DNA of 64,000 nucleotides, from NCBI GenBank assembly GCA_046290225.1, contig JBKAGE010000052.1, positions 1 through 64,000 on the forward strand. The letters are read 5' to 3'. The first letter of the stretch is position 1; each line of letters starts with the position of its first letter. Positions 27,734 through 37,311 of the stretch are shown here, piece after piece. This stretch comes from Bradymonadia bacterium. GTDB lineage: Bacteria > Myxococcota_A > Bradymonadia > UBA7976 > UBA1532. The position numbers and the translations under genes are program-made. The notes under the pieces are model-generated. The model did not search any database and was not told where the DNA came from. It saw only the letters and a list, made by a program, of their open reading frames with translations.

Positions 27734-30700
27734 GTGCGCATCAACCGACTGCTGCTCGCTCTGCTTTGCCTTGCCCTTGCCGCGTGTGACGACAGCGGTG
27801 GGGACGCCACCGAAACGCCGACCCCTGATGCCTCGGTCACCCCCGATGCTGTTGTGGACACCGCCGATCAAGATGTGCCCGAGCCGGATCCGGATCAAGG
27901 CGTGTGCATGGAAGGCGAAGAGGGCTGCGCCTGTGGCCTCAACGACTTCTGCGAGTTTGGCCTCACGTGTGAAGAGGGCGTCTGTGTTGCCCCTTGCTCT
28001 GATGGCGCTGCTGGGTGTCCGTGCGACGTGGAGGCTGATCCCATCGGGTGTGGTGAAGACCTCATCTGCGACGCTGACGAGTCCACCTGTCGTGATCCTG
28101 AGAGCTGCGAAGAGCTGGAGTGCGCCGAGCACGAGCTGTGCGCTGAGCCCGAGCTCGCCGGTGATCTGCCCCGGTGCCTCGGCGAGTGCGAGCCTGGCTA
28201 CGAGTGGATCGCCGGCGAAGAGGAGGGTGAGGGCACATGCCAGATGATCGAAGGCCTCACCTGTGATCAGCTCGACTGCGCAGCCAGCGGTCGTGAGTGT
28301 GACGAGATGGAGAATGGTGCCACCTGTGGCGAGTGCCTCGGCGGCTACATCAACGACGCCGGTAGCTGCCGCCTCGCTGTGACCTGTGAGGCTGCGGGGT
28401 GTGCTGCGGCCAACCGCGCCTGCGTCGAGGTTGTCGATGCCGACGCCACCTGCGGTGACTGCCTCGACGGGTTCATCGATCAGGGCGGTGTGTGCATTTC
28501 TAGCATGCAGGCCAACTGTGATGCCGACGCCGACGGCAGCATCGCCGCGGCCTGTGCCGAGGAAGGCCGTACCTGCGTAGAAGACGACAACGGCGCCCAG
28601 TGTGGCGCATGCGTCGAAGGTCTGGTCCAGAACGAGGCCGGCCTCTGCGCTACCCCGAGCTACTGCGATGATCTGAACTGTGGCGCCCTGGGCCGTACTT
28701 GCGCCGGCGACCCCTTCGCCGCCTGTGGTGAATGTGAGAACGGCACTGAGCCCATCGACCCCGAAGACCCCCTGAGCGCCTGTGTGGCTCCCCTGACCTG
28801 CGCCGACATCGTGTGCAACGCGGGAGAGTTCTGCCTCGAAGGCAATGGTGGTGACGCGGAGTGCTTGATGGAGCCCTGCGGTGAAGGTGAGGCGTTCCGC
28901 GCCGACCAGAACCGCTGCCTCGTGTGTGAATTGAACTGTGGCGAAGAGGGCGAGACCGGTGATGTGTGGCCCTTCACCATGGAGTTCAGTGATGACTGCC
29001 TCTGTGAGACGCAGACGGGCTACTACGCTGATATCTCTGGTGCTGTGCGCGCCAAGGCCTGTGACGCCGATGGTGACGGCTGGGTCCGCGTGAGCGCCCA
29101 GAGCAGCATCGAGTCCAGCGACGAGGCCATCAGTGACAACGCCCGCTGCGCCCTGCGAGAGGTCGATGAGGTGCACCTCGAGAATGAGCTGGGGCAGCGC
29201 TACACACTGCGGGCCTGCGAAGATGGCTGGGCCGAGCCCGGTGAGGACCTGGATTGCGACCTGCGCCCTGTGGGCCTCTACGAGACCGTGCGCAACGACG
29301 ATGTGGTGGAGCTCGGCCGCAGCGCAGATGTGCCCACGTTTGCTGCCGGTGGGGTGGGCCGTGACCTGCGCCCCGAAGAGCTCAACACCCTCACCAAGGC
29401 GTGTGTATCTACCATTGCTGATTACAACGACAATGAGATCGCCGATGTGAACGAGCACCACGACACCGCGCCGCCGGCGGCCCTCGACAGCGCCCTGCAG
29501 CCGTTCCTGGAGCTGAGCTACTTCGTGGAGCTGCACACCAGCTACTACGAGGCGCCAGGCAACAATGAGGTCTACGGTGCCTACGTCATCTCAGAGCGCT
29601 CCCGGTGCTCCGCTGGCTTCCCTGTGGGCTACGCCGAGAGTGAAGGCTCGTACTGGCGCAGCTGCATGCGCAATCGCGACGTGGACTACACCGAAGATGG
29701 TGATGCCCTGACGCCCGTGGGCTACGATTTTGCCCGCTTCAGCTGTGACAGCGCCGAGGGCAGCTGCGACACGCCGACGCCCGTGACCGGTGATGGCCCC
29801 GACGACGAGGTGGTGCCTCACGACCTGTGCTCGGTGCCTGCGCCCGCCGATGGCATCTGGCGCGGCATGAACCACGCCAGCCAGTTCCGCTGTGCAGTCA
29901 TCACCGCCGAAGCCGAGCTGCCCGAGAACCGCGGTGACTCGCCTCAGGCGCTCACCCCAGCGGAGCTCTTCAACGGTGTGCAGACGACTCGGGCATGGCA
30001 GATGAACGTCTGCCATGTGGATTGCCCTGCGGGCGACGACAGCTGTGAGGCGGACTGTGGTGACGACGGCTGCGCCACCAGCAGCGCCGCCCCTGGCGGC
30101 CTGGAGAACCCCAGCGATCCCAGCCTGACGTGTACTGCCGTGGCCCAGGGGGATGCTGATGATGTCTTCACCGCAGGCAGCGTGGGCTTCGTCTCTGCTC
30201 GCTACGTCGACACCGCCGGTGCCTACGTGCGCGGCTGCATCAACGAGTGGGCCCCGGGCTCTGCCGACGATGCCTGGAAGAACCTCTGCCCTGGGTACGC
30301 CCAGAACCCCGCTGGTGTGGTGGGTGACGCCAACGCCGCGAACTTCGGCAAGCTGCTCTGTGGCTGTGGCTTCGGCTACGGCGGGGCCACCTGCGAGCTG
30401 GGCTGCCCTGAGCTGGCCATCGACACCACGGGCGACGGCCGCACCGACACGGATGTGGGCCCACTGCACTACGGCGGAGATCTCGACGACGAGGCCTGCG
30501 ACAACGGCTACTGCCCCAATGATCCGACCTCGGATGACGGCGGTCGCCGCGGCTGGTGGATGTGCGGCAGCTTCGCCATCACCGAGACCGTGGAGAGTAA
30601 CGCCGCCGACCCCCGAGCCCTCGAGGGTGGCAGCTTCAGCGTCATCGGTGGGGTGAACAACATGGGCTTCTCAGGCGAGAGCTGCGAGAACGACGACTGC

Positions 30701-30745
30701 AACGTGGGCTGGAGTACTCGCCCCACCACCGCCGCTGACCGCTGA
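27734..30745 (+). CDS. Cys-rich acidic surface lipoprotein (EGF-like repeats, DxDxDG loops)
   Basis: GGAGG RBS; lipobox LAAC; CGxCLxG(Y/F) repeats; CDADGDGW. Confidence 0.8.
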   Translation: MRINRLLLALLCLALAACDDSGGDATETPTPDASVTPDAVVDTADQDVPEPDPDQGVCMEGEEGCACGLNDFCEFGLTCEEGVCVAPCSDGAAGCPCDVEADPIGCGEDLICDADESTCRDPESCEELECAEHELCAEPELAGDLPRCLGECEPGYEWIAGEEEGEGTCQMIEGLTCDQLDCAASGRECDEMENGATCGECLGGYINDAGSCRLAVTCEAAGCAAANRACVEVVDADATCGDCLDGFIDQGGVCISSMQANCDADADGSIAAACAEEGRTCVEDDNGAQCGACVEGLVQNEAGLCATPSYCDDLNCGALGRTCAGDPFAACGECENGTEPIDPEDPLSACVAPLTCADIVCNAGEFCLEGNGGDAECLMEPCGEGEAFRADQNRCLVCELNCGEEGETGDVWPFTMEFSDDCLCETQTGYYADISGAVRAKACDADGDGWVRVSAQSSIESSDEAISDNARCALREVDEVHLENELGQRYTLRACEDGWAEPGEDLDCDLRPVGLYETVRNDDVVELGRSADVPTFAAGGVGRDLRPEELNTLTKACVSTIADYNDNEIADVNEHHDTAPPAALDSALQPFLELSYFVELHTSYYEAPGNNEVYGAYVISERSRCSAGFPVGYAESEGSYWRSCMRNRDVDYTEDGDALTPVGYDFARFSCDSAEGSCDTPTPVTGDGPDDEVVPHDLCSVPAPADGIWRGMNHASQFRCAVITAEAELPENRGDSPQALTPAELFNGVQTTRAWQMNVCHVDCPAGDDSCEADCGDDGCATSSAAPGGLENPSDPSLTCTAVAQGDADDVFTAGSVGFVSARYVDTAGAYVRGCINEWAPGSADDAWKNLCPGYAQNPAGVVGDANAANFGKLLCGCGFGYGGATCELGCPELAIDTTGDGRTDTDVGPLHYGGDLDDEACDNGYCPNDPTSDDGGRRGWWMCGSFAITETVESNAADPRALEGGSFSVIGGVNNMGFSGESCENDDCNVGWSTRPTTAADR

Positions 30746-30746
30746 A

Positions 30747-32087
30747 TCACTCCTCGGCCTGAGGCAACCAGAGGCGCCTGTCGAGCTCACCCACGGTGTC
30801 GTTCCAGAAGTCGACTGTACGGGTGAGGTCATCCAGTCGGACCCTCAACATCGTAGACATCAACACCTCGCCCTCGCGCCTCGACGCAGTCAAATCGCCC
30901 GCCACCGAGACGCGCCACTCACCAATGAAGCGGCTGGTCAGGATCGTCCGCAGGTTTATGTCTCTCGAGAACATGTCGGCGTCTTCCAAGAAGAAGTGTT
31001 GGCCACCAGAGGCACAGGCCAGCTCTGCGAGGGCCGTGTCCCGCCCTTGCCTTTGGGCACCTGCGGCGACGGGCGGTTGCACCTGCAGGACGAAGAGCGG
31101 GATCTGTCCATCGATGAATGGTTGCACGGCGTCGCCCCATGAGGTGGCTGATTGATCGCCCGCCTCGACACCATCCGTGAAGAGTACCACCATGGGAGAA
31201 AGTCCTTCCGCAGCAGGGCTGGAGACGATCTGTGCGTGCACTGCTACGAGCGCATCACGCAGGTTGGTGGGGCCATCCTCGCCCCTGCTGTATCTGTCGA
31301 AACACTCTGTGGCGATTTCGCGATCGAGGGTGGGTGAAGCACACTCCGCGTCGATTTCGGGCAGCGCGTCGAACTTCATGATCGAGATCCACGTGGGTGT
31401 GTTTCCACGCAGCGTGCCTGCTGCTGTAGGCAGGTCTTCGATCAGCTCTCTCATGAATGTAATCCGCCTACGGTTGGGGTCTGTGGCGCGATCGGTGTCG
31501 ATCTCGGGCGAGCCCACATCGCCTCCGAGCAAGCTGACGGAGTTGTCCATCATGAAGATGACGAGGCGATCGTTGCCGACATGGTCTGTACCTGCTGTCC
31601 AGCGAAATTCGACCTCTTCGACGTCGAGGTGTGTATTGGTTCGGGCGCCGTTTACATCCTCGATGTTGATGTTCGCCTCTTCATCTATGCAGGCATCTTC
31701 CTCGAAGCAGCTGAATTGGAAGGCCTCGGGGCTCAGCGCCTCACCGGCGCCCAGTGTGGGCCGGTTGAATCGATCGTCTGGTGTGATGAGGCGAGAAGGA
31801 AATGGGCCGCCATACGGGAGCACTGAGAGCGTAAATGCGTCAGGGGAGCTGGGCGAGGGGCACGCACCAGCGGCGAGTAGTCTGATAAAATCTACGTCTT
31901 CTCCGTACACTGCACCATCAACCATGGTGTTGTCACCCATGCCCATGTCGGCAGCAGGCGGGCGCCCTTCGTCCGGATCTGACATCGAAGACTCTGTGTC
32001 ACATGCGCCGAAGATGAAGGCGCTGATGAGGCCGAGTCCGATGAGCGTGGAGTGGTGTTGGCCGCCGAGGTGGTCGTCGAATTGCAA
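30747..32087 (-). CDS. VWA-domain lipoprotein
   Basis: MIDAS DNSVS, PTNL, LFTDG, LACASGG; lipobox-like FGAC; TTG 32087 with AGGAG RBS (start uncertain). Confidence 0.75.
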   Translation of the reverse strand: MQFDDHLGGQHHSTLIGLGLISAFIFGACDTESSMSDPDEGRPPAADMGMGDNTMVDGAVYGEDVDFIRLLAAGACPSPSSPDAFTLSVLPYGGPFPSRLITPDDRFNRPTLGAGEALSPEAFQFSCFEEDACIDEEANINIEDVNGARTNTHLDVEEVEFRWTAGTDHVGNDRLVIFMMDNSVSLLGGDVGSPEIDTDRATDPNRRRITFMRELIEDLPTAAGTLRGNTPTWISIMKFDALPEIDAECASPTLDREIATECFDRYSRGEDGPTNLRDALVAVHAQIVSSPAAEGLSPMVVLFTDGVEAGDQSATSWGDAVQPFIDGQIPLFVLQVQPPVAAGAQRQGRDTALAELACASGGQHFFLEDADMFSRDINLRTILTSRFIGEWRVSVAGDLTASRREGEVLMSTMLRVRLDDLTRTVDFWNDTVGELDRRLWLPQAEE

Positions 32088-32292
32088 AATCTCTCCTGTG
32101 AATGCCAGTGTTCCTGGCCCGTCAAAGCCAGGTTTTCTCGAAACGGCTGTGGGATAGAGCACCAAGCATGCCAGGCGAGCACGACGGCTCAGCGCCCATG
32201 ATTTGGGGTGTTACGAGAGACTTCGCTGTGAGTTGTGTGCACTGAGTGTGACTGCTGCTCACAACTCAGAGAGTGAGCTGGAGAAGTTTGTT

Positions 32293-32320
32293 TGCGGGTT
32301 TCGCTCAGGCGCAACGCATC
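32293..32320 (+). promoter_or_regulatory. Conserved bipartite motif, copy 4
   Basis: TGCGGG-tttcgctcaggcgcaa-CGCATC, 38 nt before ATG 32359. Confidence 0.8.
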
Positions 32321-32358
32321 CCTCCGTAACAACGACTTTCAATGCCCGGAGCCTTCAC

Positions 32359-33549
32359 ATGGCCATCTCACCCTTCATCAAAAGTGTTCTACGAAACTTG
32401 GCCCTCGGGGCGCTGGTCACCGTGCCTGCCATCGCCGCCATCGACGACGCCGCCCAGGTCGACGCCGTGCCTCGGGTGGTGCCCTACGATGGGTACTTGA
32501 ACCTCAATGGAGCGGTGTACAACGGCACCGTCGATGTCATCTTCACGCTCTACGACGCCGCGAGCGGAGGCAGTGATGTTTGGAGCGAGGAGTGGAGCAC
32601 GGCGGAGGGTCGCCCGGTGGCCGTCACCGGAGGCCGCTTCAACGTGGCCTTGGGCAGTTTCGACAGCATCGAGGCGGTCATCGCCGACACCGGCTCTGTG
32701 TATTACCTGGGTATGGAGGTCAAAGAGCCCGATTCGAACAACTACACCGCTCTCGGGGGTCGGCAGCGCATCAATCCCGTGCCTTACTCCATGTGGAGCG
32801 GTCAGACCACCAACCTCGCCGTGGCGGGCACCCTCAACGTCGAGGGGGTGGTCAACATCAACAACCACCTCAATGTCACCGGCGCCGTCAACGCGGCGAG
32901 CGGGGCGTTCACTGGCGCAGTCAGCGGGGCCAGCCTCACGGCCACCACCGGTGATGTCAACGCAGCAGGCAACATCACCGCGTCGGACTCGGATAGCTCG
33001 TTCATCACCAGCAACTATCGTATCCGTTCGAGGGACGGCTACCTGACTCAGGTGAATGGTGCGGGCAACTGGGTTCAGGCGATGAGGTCTTCAGGGAGTT
33101 ATCTGTACCTCGACCCCTCTGACAGCTTTGCCAACGGCGTCAGAGTCGGCAGCACATTGACTGTGGATGAAGGCCTCAGCAACACAGGCACCTTGAGCAA
33201 CACAGGCACCTTCAGCAACACGGGCAACACCGTGAACAGCGGCAACCTCATCAATGGCGGCAACATGGTTAACGGCGGCACCCTCGGCAATGTCGGTGTG
33301 GCAACTTTCAGCAGCACTGTGAACATGAATGGTGCCGTGAACATGAGTCAGTGCAGGCTGTGCATGAACATCGGCAATAACAACCGACGGGCCTCGACCT
33401 GCGTGCGCATGGAGAGCGGTCAGTTCAGTGGGTGGCGGAGGTTTACCAACAACGACGTGAACGACGATGACTACTTCAGCATGTATTTCCTCTGTGACGA
33501 TGGTGACAACTCCAATGCTCAAGAGTGGGTCGCGCCCAACACCCCGTAG
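32359..33549 (+). CDS. Secreted tail-fibre-like adhesin, paralog 1
   Basis: Signal peptide; VPYDGYL...FTLYDAASGG..VWSE...GRFNVALGS...YLGMEV...RQRINPVPY N-domain; 6-residue beta repeats; 4-Cys tip. Confidence 0.7.
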   Translation: MAISPFIKSVLRNLALGALVTVPAIAAIDDAAQVDAVPRVVPYDGYLNLNGAVYNGTVDVIFTLYDAASGGSDVWSEEWSTAEGRPVAVTGGRFNVALGSFDSIEAVIADTGSVYYLGMEVKEPDSNNYTALGGRQRINPVPYSMWSGQTTNLAVAGTLNVEGVVNINNHLNVTGAVNAASGAFTGAVSGASLTATTGDVNAAGNITASDSDSSFITSNYRIRSRDGYLTQVNGAGNWVQAMRSSGSYLYLDPSDSFANGVRVGSTLTVDEGLSNTGTLSNTGTFSNTGNTVNSGNLINGGNMVNGGTLGNVGVATFSSTVNMNGAVNMSQCRLCMNIGNNNRRASTCVRMESGQFSGWRRFTNNDVNDDDYFSMYFLCDDGDNSNAQEWVAPNTP

Positions 33550-33677
33550 ACTGTCGTCCTGGTTGGCTGCATTACTGTTTTAGAAGCCTTCAGGTCTATT
33601 GCTGTCCTTGCCATTGAGTCGCAGGGCGTAACGCATTTTGAACACCCTGCACGATGTTTCTCGGAATGGAGCCAATC

Positions 33678-34838
33678 ATGTACGCTCAATCTCTATTCAC
33701 CAAAGTCACCCGAGGTTTGGTATTGGCCGGTTGCATGGTGATCCCTGCCATCGGCGGTCAGGCCATGGCAGAGCTCGGCCAGGCAAATTTTGAGGACGCT
33801 GTACCCAGAGTAGTGCCATATGATGGCTACTTGAACCTGGATGGGGCGCCTTACGATGGCACTGTCGACGTCATCTTCAGCCTCTATACTGCGGCAAGCG
33901 GTGGCGAGACCGTCTGGACCGAGACGTGGAGCACGGAGGAGGGTCGCCCGGTGAGCGTCACCTCTGGGCGCTTCGCCGTTGCGCTGGGCAGCTTCGAGCG
34001 GATCGAAGCCGCCATCGCAGACACCAGCGCGACGTACTATTTGGGCATGGAGATCAAGCTACCAGAGGGCGACGCCTACACCACCCTCGGGGGCAGACAG
34101 CGCATCAACCCCGTCCCCTACGCCGTGTGGTCAGCGCAGAGCAGCAATTTGACCGTTGAAGGTGTGTTGCACGTAGAAGGTGAAGCCACCATCAACAACA
34201 ACCTCAACGTCACCGGCGCGGTCAATGCTGGCAGCGGCGCGTTCACCGGGGTGCTCACCGCAGGCAGCGGCACTTTCTCGGGGGCCCTGTCGGTGGGCAG
34301 CCTCGACGCGGGTGCCTTGAACGCCACCAGCCTCACCACGACTGGAGACGTCACCGCTGGAGATGATGTCATCGTCGCGGACGACATCACCGCGTCGAGC
34401 TCGGACAGCTCGTTCATCACCAGCAACTATCGCATTCGGTCGCGCGACGGGTACGTGACACAGGTGAATGGTGAGGGCAACTGGGTCTTCGCCATGCGAG
34501 GGGCTGACGACTATCTCGGCCTGGACCTGTACGACAGCTTCCCCAACGGCGTCAGGGTGGGTAGCACCCTGCTGGTCGACGAAGGCCTGACCAGCAGCTC
34601 GACGACCAATCTGAACGGCACCGTGAACATGAGCCAGTGCCGCATCTGCCTGAACACCTCTCGCAACGCAGATCGCGACAACCAGGACCAGGAGCGATAC
34701 GCATGTGTGGAGATGACGTCGAACAGCGTCTCGCCGTGGGTGGAGTGGGGCAACAACATCGATGAGGACGACTGGTTCCGCCTCGTGTTTCGGTGTGATG
34801 GTGGCGGCAGCACGGCAGGGGGCAATGGCTCCTGGTAG
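33678..34838 (+). CDS. Secreted tail-fibre-like adhesin, paralog 2
   Basis: Same N-domain; GGAG RBS; signal peptide ending AMA. Confidence 0.7.
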   Translation: MYAQSLFTKVTRGLVLAGCMVIPAIGGQAMAELGQANFEDAVPRVVPYDGYLNLDGAPYDGTVDVIFSLYTAASGGETVWTETWSTEEGRPVSVTSGRFAVALGSFERIEAAIADTSATYYLGMEIKLPEGDAYTTLGGRQRINPVPYAVWSAQSSNLTVEGVLHVEGEATINNNLNVTGAVNAGSGAFTGVLTAGSGTFSGALSVGSLDAGALNATSLTTTGDVTAGDDVIVADDITASSSDSSFITSNYRIRSRDGYVTQVNGEGNWVFAMRGADDYLGLDLYDSFPNGVRVGSTLLVDEGLTSSSTTNLNGTVNMSQCRICLNTSRNADRDNQDQERYACVEMTSNSVSPWVEWGNNIDEDDWFRLVFRCDGGGSTAGGNGSW

Positions 34839-34866
34839 GGGGGCGACACCCCCTTGAAGGTTTTTT
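34837..34866 (+). terminator. Possible weak intrinsic terminator
   Basis: AGGGGG..CCCCCT stem followed by a nearby T6 run. Confidence 0.4.
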
Positions 34867-34876
34867 CGCTTTTCCC

Positions 34877-34904
34877 TGCGGGTTTCTCCTGACCCCGGCG
34901 CATC
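34877..34904 (+). promoter_or_regulatory. Conserved bipartite motif, copy 5
   Basis: TGCGGG-tttctcctgaccccgg-CGCATC, 45 nt before ATG 34950. Confidence 0.8.
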
Positions 34905-34949
34905 ACCTGCCAAGACACGTATTCAAGCCTTCAGTTAGGAGAATCACAG

Positions 34950-36068
34950 ATGGCCACCACCCGCTCCTTCGCTCGCACGTTCACGAAAGCCGCCGCCGGC
35001 CTCGCCCTCGCCAGCGCGCTGCTCGCCCCTGCGCTGAGCGGCACCGCCTTTGCCGACAATGATGGCGACACGTCGACGGAGTCCATCACCCGGGTGGTGC
35101 CCTACGATGGGTATCTGAACTTCGACGGCGTGGTCTTCAATGGCACCGTCGACGTGATCTTCACGCTCTACGACTCGGCGAGCGGAGGCGACGATGTCTG
35201 GAGCGAAGAGTGGAGCACCGCAGAGGGTCGCCCGGTCACCGTCACCGCCGGCCGCTTCAACGTGGCCCTGGGCAGCTTCGACGACATCGAGCCCATCATC
35301 GCTGACGCCGGCACCGTTTACCTGGGTATGGAGGTGAAGCTTCCTGAGGGGAACAACTACGTGGCTCTTGGTGGCCGACAAAGGCTCAACCCCGTGCCCT
35401 ACGCCATGTGGACCGCCCAAGCCTCAGATTTCGCCGTGGGTGGGAACCTGAATGTGAGCGACAACCTCGACGTGGGCGGCAACCTTGCCGTGGGCCAGGC
35501 CCTGTCCACGGTCTCCAGTGCGATGATCGGCACCAGCTTGACCGTGGGCTCCAACGCCACCTTCGGCGGCGCGCTCTTCGTCAATGGTGACATCGAGGCC
35601 GACGACATGGTGGTGGACTCTGTCTACACCCGATCACTCGTGTCGGACGGCGACACTGTCATCACTGGCCCAATCACCGCCACCAGTGGCGCGGAGATCT
35701 CGGGCGACATCATTCAGGATGGCGACATCGAGAGCACTGGGCTCATCTACGCCGAGAGCTCCATCAACAGCAACCGGGGCTTCAGTACTTCGGGTTACGG
35801 CATCTTCCAGGGCAACGTCGCGGTTGACGGGAGCCTGACCGTGGGCGGGAACGTCAACCTCAGCGATTGCCGTATCTGCCTCAATACCGGTCGAGATCTC
35901 GACGATGATGATCCCGATCAGCTGCGGTATGCTTGCGTGGAGCTGACGTCGAACAGTGTGTCGCCTTGGGTGAGGTACGGCGACAACCAGGACGATGATA
36001 ATTGGTACCGTCTCGTGTTCCGCTGCGATGGTGGTGGTGATGAGTCCGGGAGCGATGGCTACTGGTGA
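34950..36068 (+). CDS. Secreted tail-fibre-like adhesin, paralog 3
   Basis: AGGAG RBS; signal peptide ending AFA; same N-domain; VGGNLxV repeats; tip close to paralog 2. Confidence 0.7.
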   Translation: MATTRSFARTFTKAAAGLALASALLAPALSGTAFADNDGDTSTESITRVVPYDGYLNFDGVVFNGTVDVIFTLYDSASGGDDVWSEEWSTAEGRPVTVTAGRFNVALGSFDDIEPIIADAGTVYLGMEVKLPEGNNYVALGGRQRLNPVPYAMWTAQASDFAVGGNLNVSDNLDVGGNLAVGQALSTVSSAMIGTSLTVGSNATFGGALFVNGDIEADDMVVDSVYTRSLVSDGDTVITGPITATSGAEISGDIIQDGDIESTGLIYAESSINSNRGFSTSGYGIFQGNVAVDGSLTVGGNVNLSDCRICLNTGRDLDDDDPDQLRYACVELTSNSVSPWVRYGDNQDDDNWYRLVFRCDGGGDESGSDGYW

Positions 36069-36083
36069 GCCGTATGATGTTGA

Positions 36084-37205
36084 TCACCAGCGCCAGACCG
36101 CCGCGCCGCCTTCGGGCGTGATGGTCAAGCTCGGCGGTAGAGCCGGGTCGTCGAAGATGTAGAGCAGCACCCCACCCACCAGCGCCGCAGCGGCGCCTAT
36201 CCCCAACAACGTCGTGGCGTCCCGGTACGTGTCCCGGTCATTTCGGAGCGTGCTGTAACGGTTGAACTCGGCGTCGGTGATGCCGCTGCCCAGTCGCGCT
36301 TCGAGGTCTTGTGCTTGGGACTCGGCGTCCAGGGCCTCGGTCCCTGTCCAGATGGCAAAGCCCGCCAGCACAGCCGAGCCACCGAGCAGGCTCCATGACA
36401 CCACGCGCTGCGTCGTCACCTCGAGCTCGACGTTCATCTCGGCCTGTTGAGCGGGTTCGAGGGTGAGCTGCTGGGCGTGAGGTGTGCGTCCGCGGGCCTT
36501 CACGACGAGCTGGTGTGGTCCTGGCGTCACCGACAGTGGCCCAGTGAGGGGGGCCTGGCCCACCTCACGGCGATCGATGAGCACCTGGGCGCCGGGGGTG
36601 GCGTTGAGCGTGAGCTTCGCGGGCTCGGGCACAGGGTCGATGACCAGGGCGATCGTGGATCCCTCCACGGCGACCGCTTGCTGGCTGGCGGTCTGGAAGC
36701 CCTTGGCGAAGAGCTTCACGGTGTGGGGCCCGGGATCGACATCGAAGGTGCTGGGTACGGGCTGAGGGAATCCGTCGTCGATCTGGGCGTTGGCCTGGGG
36801 CGCCGACGAGGTGATGATCAGCCGTGTGAACGTGCGAGCGCTCGCAGCTTGCCCTCCTTCACCTTTGGCTTCGAGCAAGGGCACCAGAGTCGAGAGGTGC
36901 TGTGTGGCGTGGCCCTTTCGTGGGCCCTCGGGGGCGATCTCGAGGTAGCGCTGGTAGGCCTCGATGGCCGCCTCGAGGTCCGACACGTCGTTGTCGGAGA
37001 AGTACCGGAGCCGGTAGGCCTGGGCGAGTGAGAAGATCACCACAGGGCGCTCGGAGATGGCCCTCGTGGCCTCGAAGGCGTCGATGGCCACGGTGTAGTT
37101 GCCCGCCTGATAAGCAGCACTTCCGGCGGTGTAGAGCGTTTTGGCCTGCTCCAATTGAGCGGGGGTAGCGCTGAGGAATGCGATGCACAAGCAGCTCAGG
37201 AGCAC
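36084..37205 (-). CDS. TPR + PEGA domain protein
   Basis: N-terminal TPR-like helices; two PEGA-like repeats (IDD..PGPHTV, IDR..PGPHQL); two C-terminal hydrophobic helices. Confidence 0.8.
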   Translation of the reverse strand: MLLSCLCIAFLSATPAQLEQAKTLYTAGSAAYQAGNYTVAIDAFEATRAISERPVVIFSLAQAYRLRYFSDNDVSDLEAAIEAYQRYLEIAPEGPRKGHATQHLSTLVPLLEAKGEGGQAASARTFTRLIITSSAPQANAQIDDGFPQPVPSTFDVDPGPHTVKLFAKGFQTASQQAVAVEGSTIALVIDPVPEPAKLTLNATPGAQVLIDRREVGQAPLTGPLSVTPGPHQLVVKARGRTPHAQQLTLEPAQQAEMNVELEVTTQRVVSWSLLGGSAVLAGFAIWTGTEALDAESQAQDLEARLGSGITDAEFNRYSTLRNDRDTYRDATTLLGIGAAAALVGGVLLYIFDDPALPPSLTITPEGGAAVWRW

Positions 37206-37311
37206 GGTGAGGCCTCGGGGGAACGTTGAACCGGATCAGGACACATGATTATGATCAGTAGCAATCTGTCGCAAGTGCTGGCACCCTCCGCGGTGCTCTG
37301 GAACCCCCCTG

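Noticed and set aside
33609..33637. Seventh motif copy upstream of fibre 2 (TGCCAT-N17-CGCATT)
   Set aside because: Poor -35 match and different spacing; possibly a degenerate site, not counted.
32359..36068. Prophage or tailocin fibres, or DGR targets
   Set aside because: They have signal peptides; no capsid, sheath, tube or baseplate genes; no reverse transcriptase or template repeat seen.
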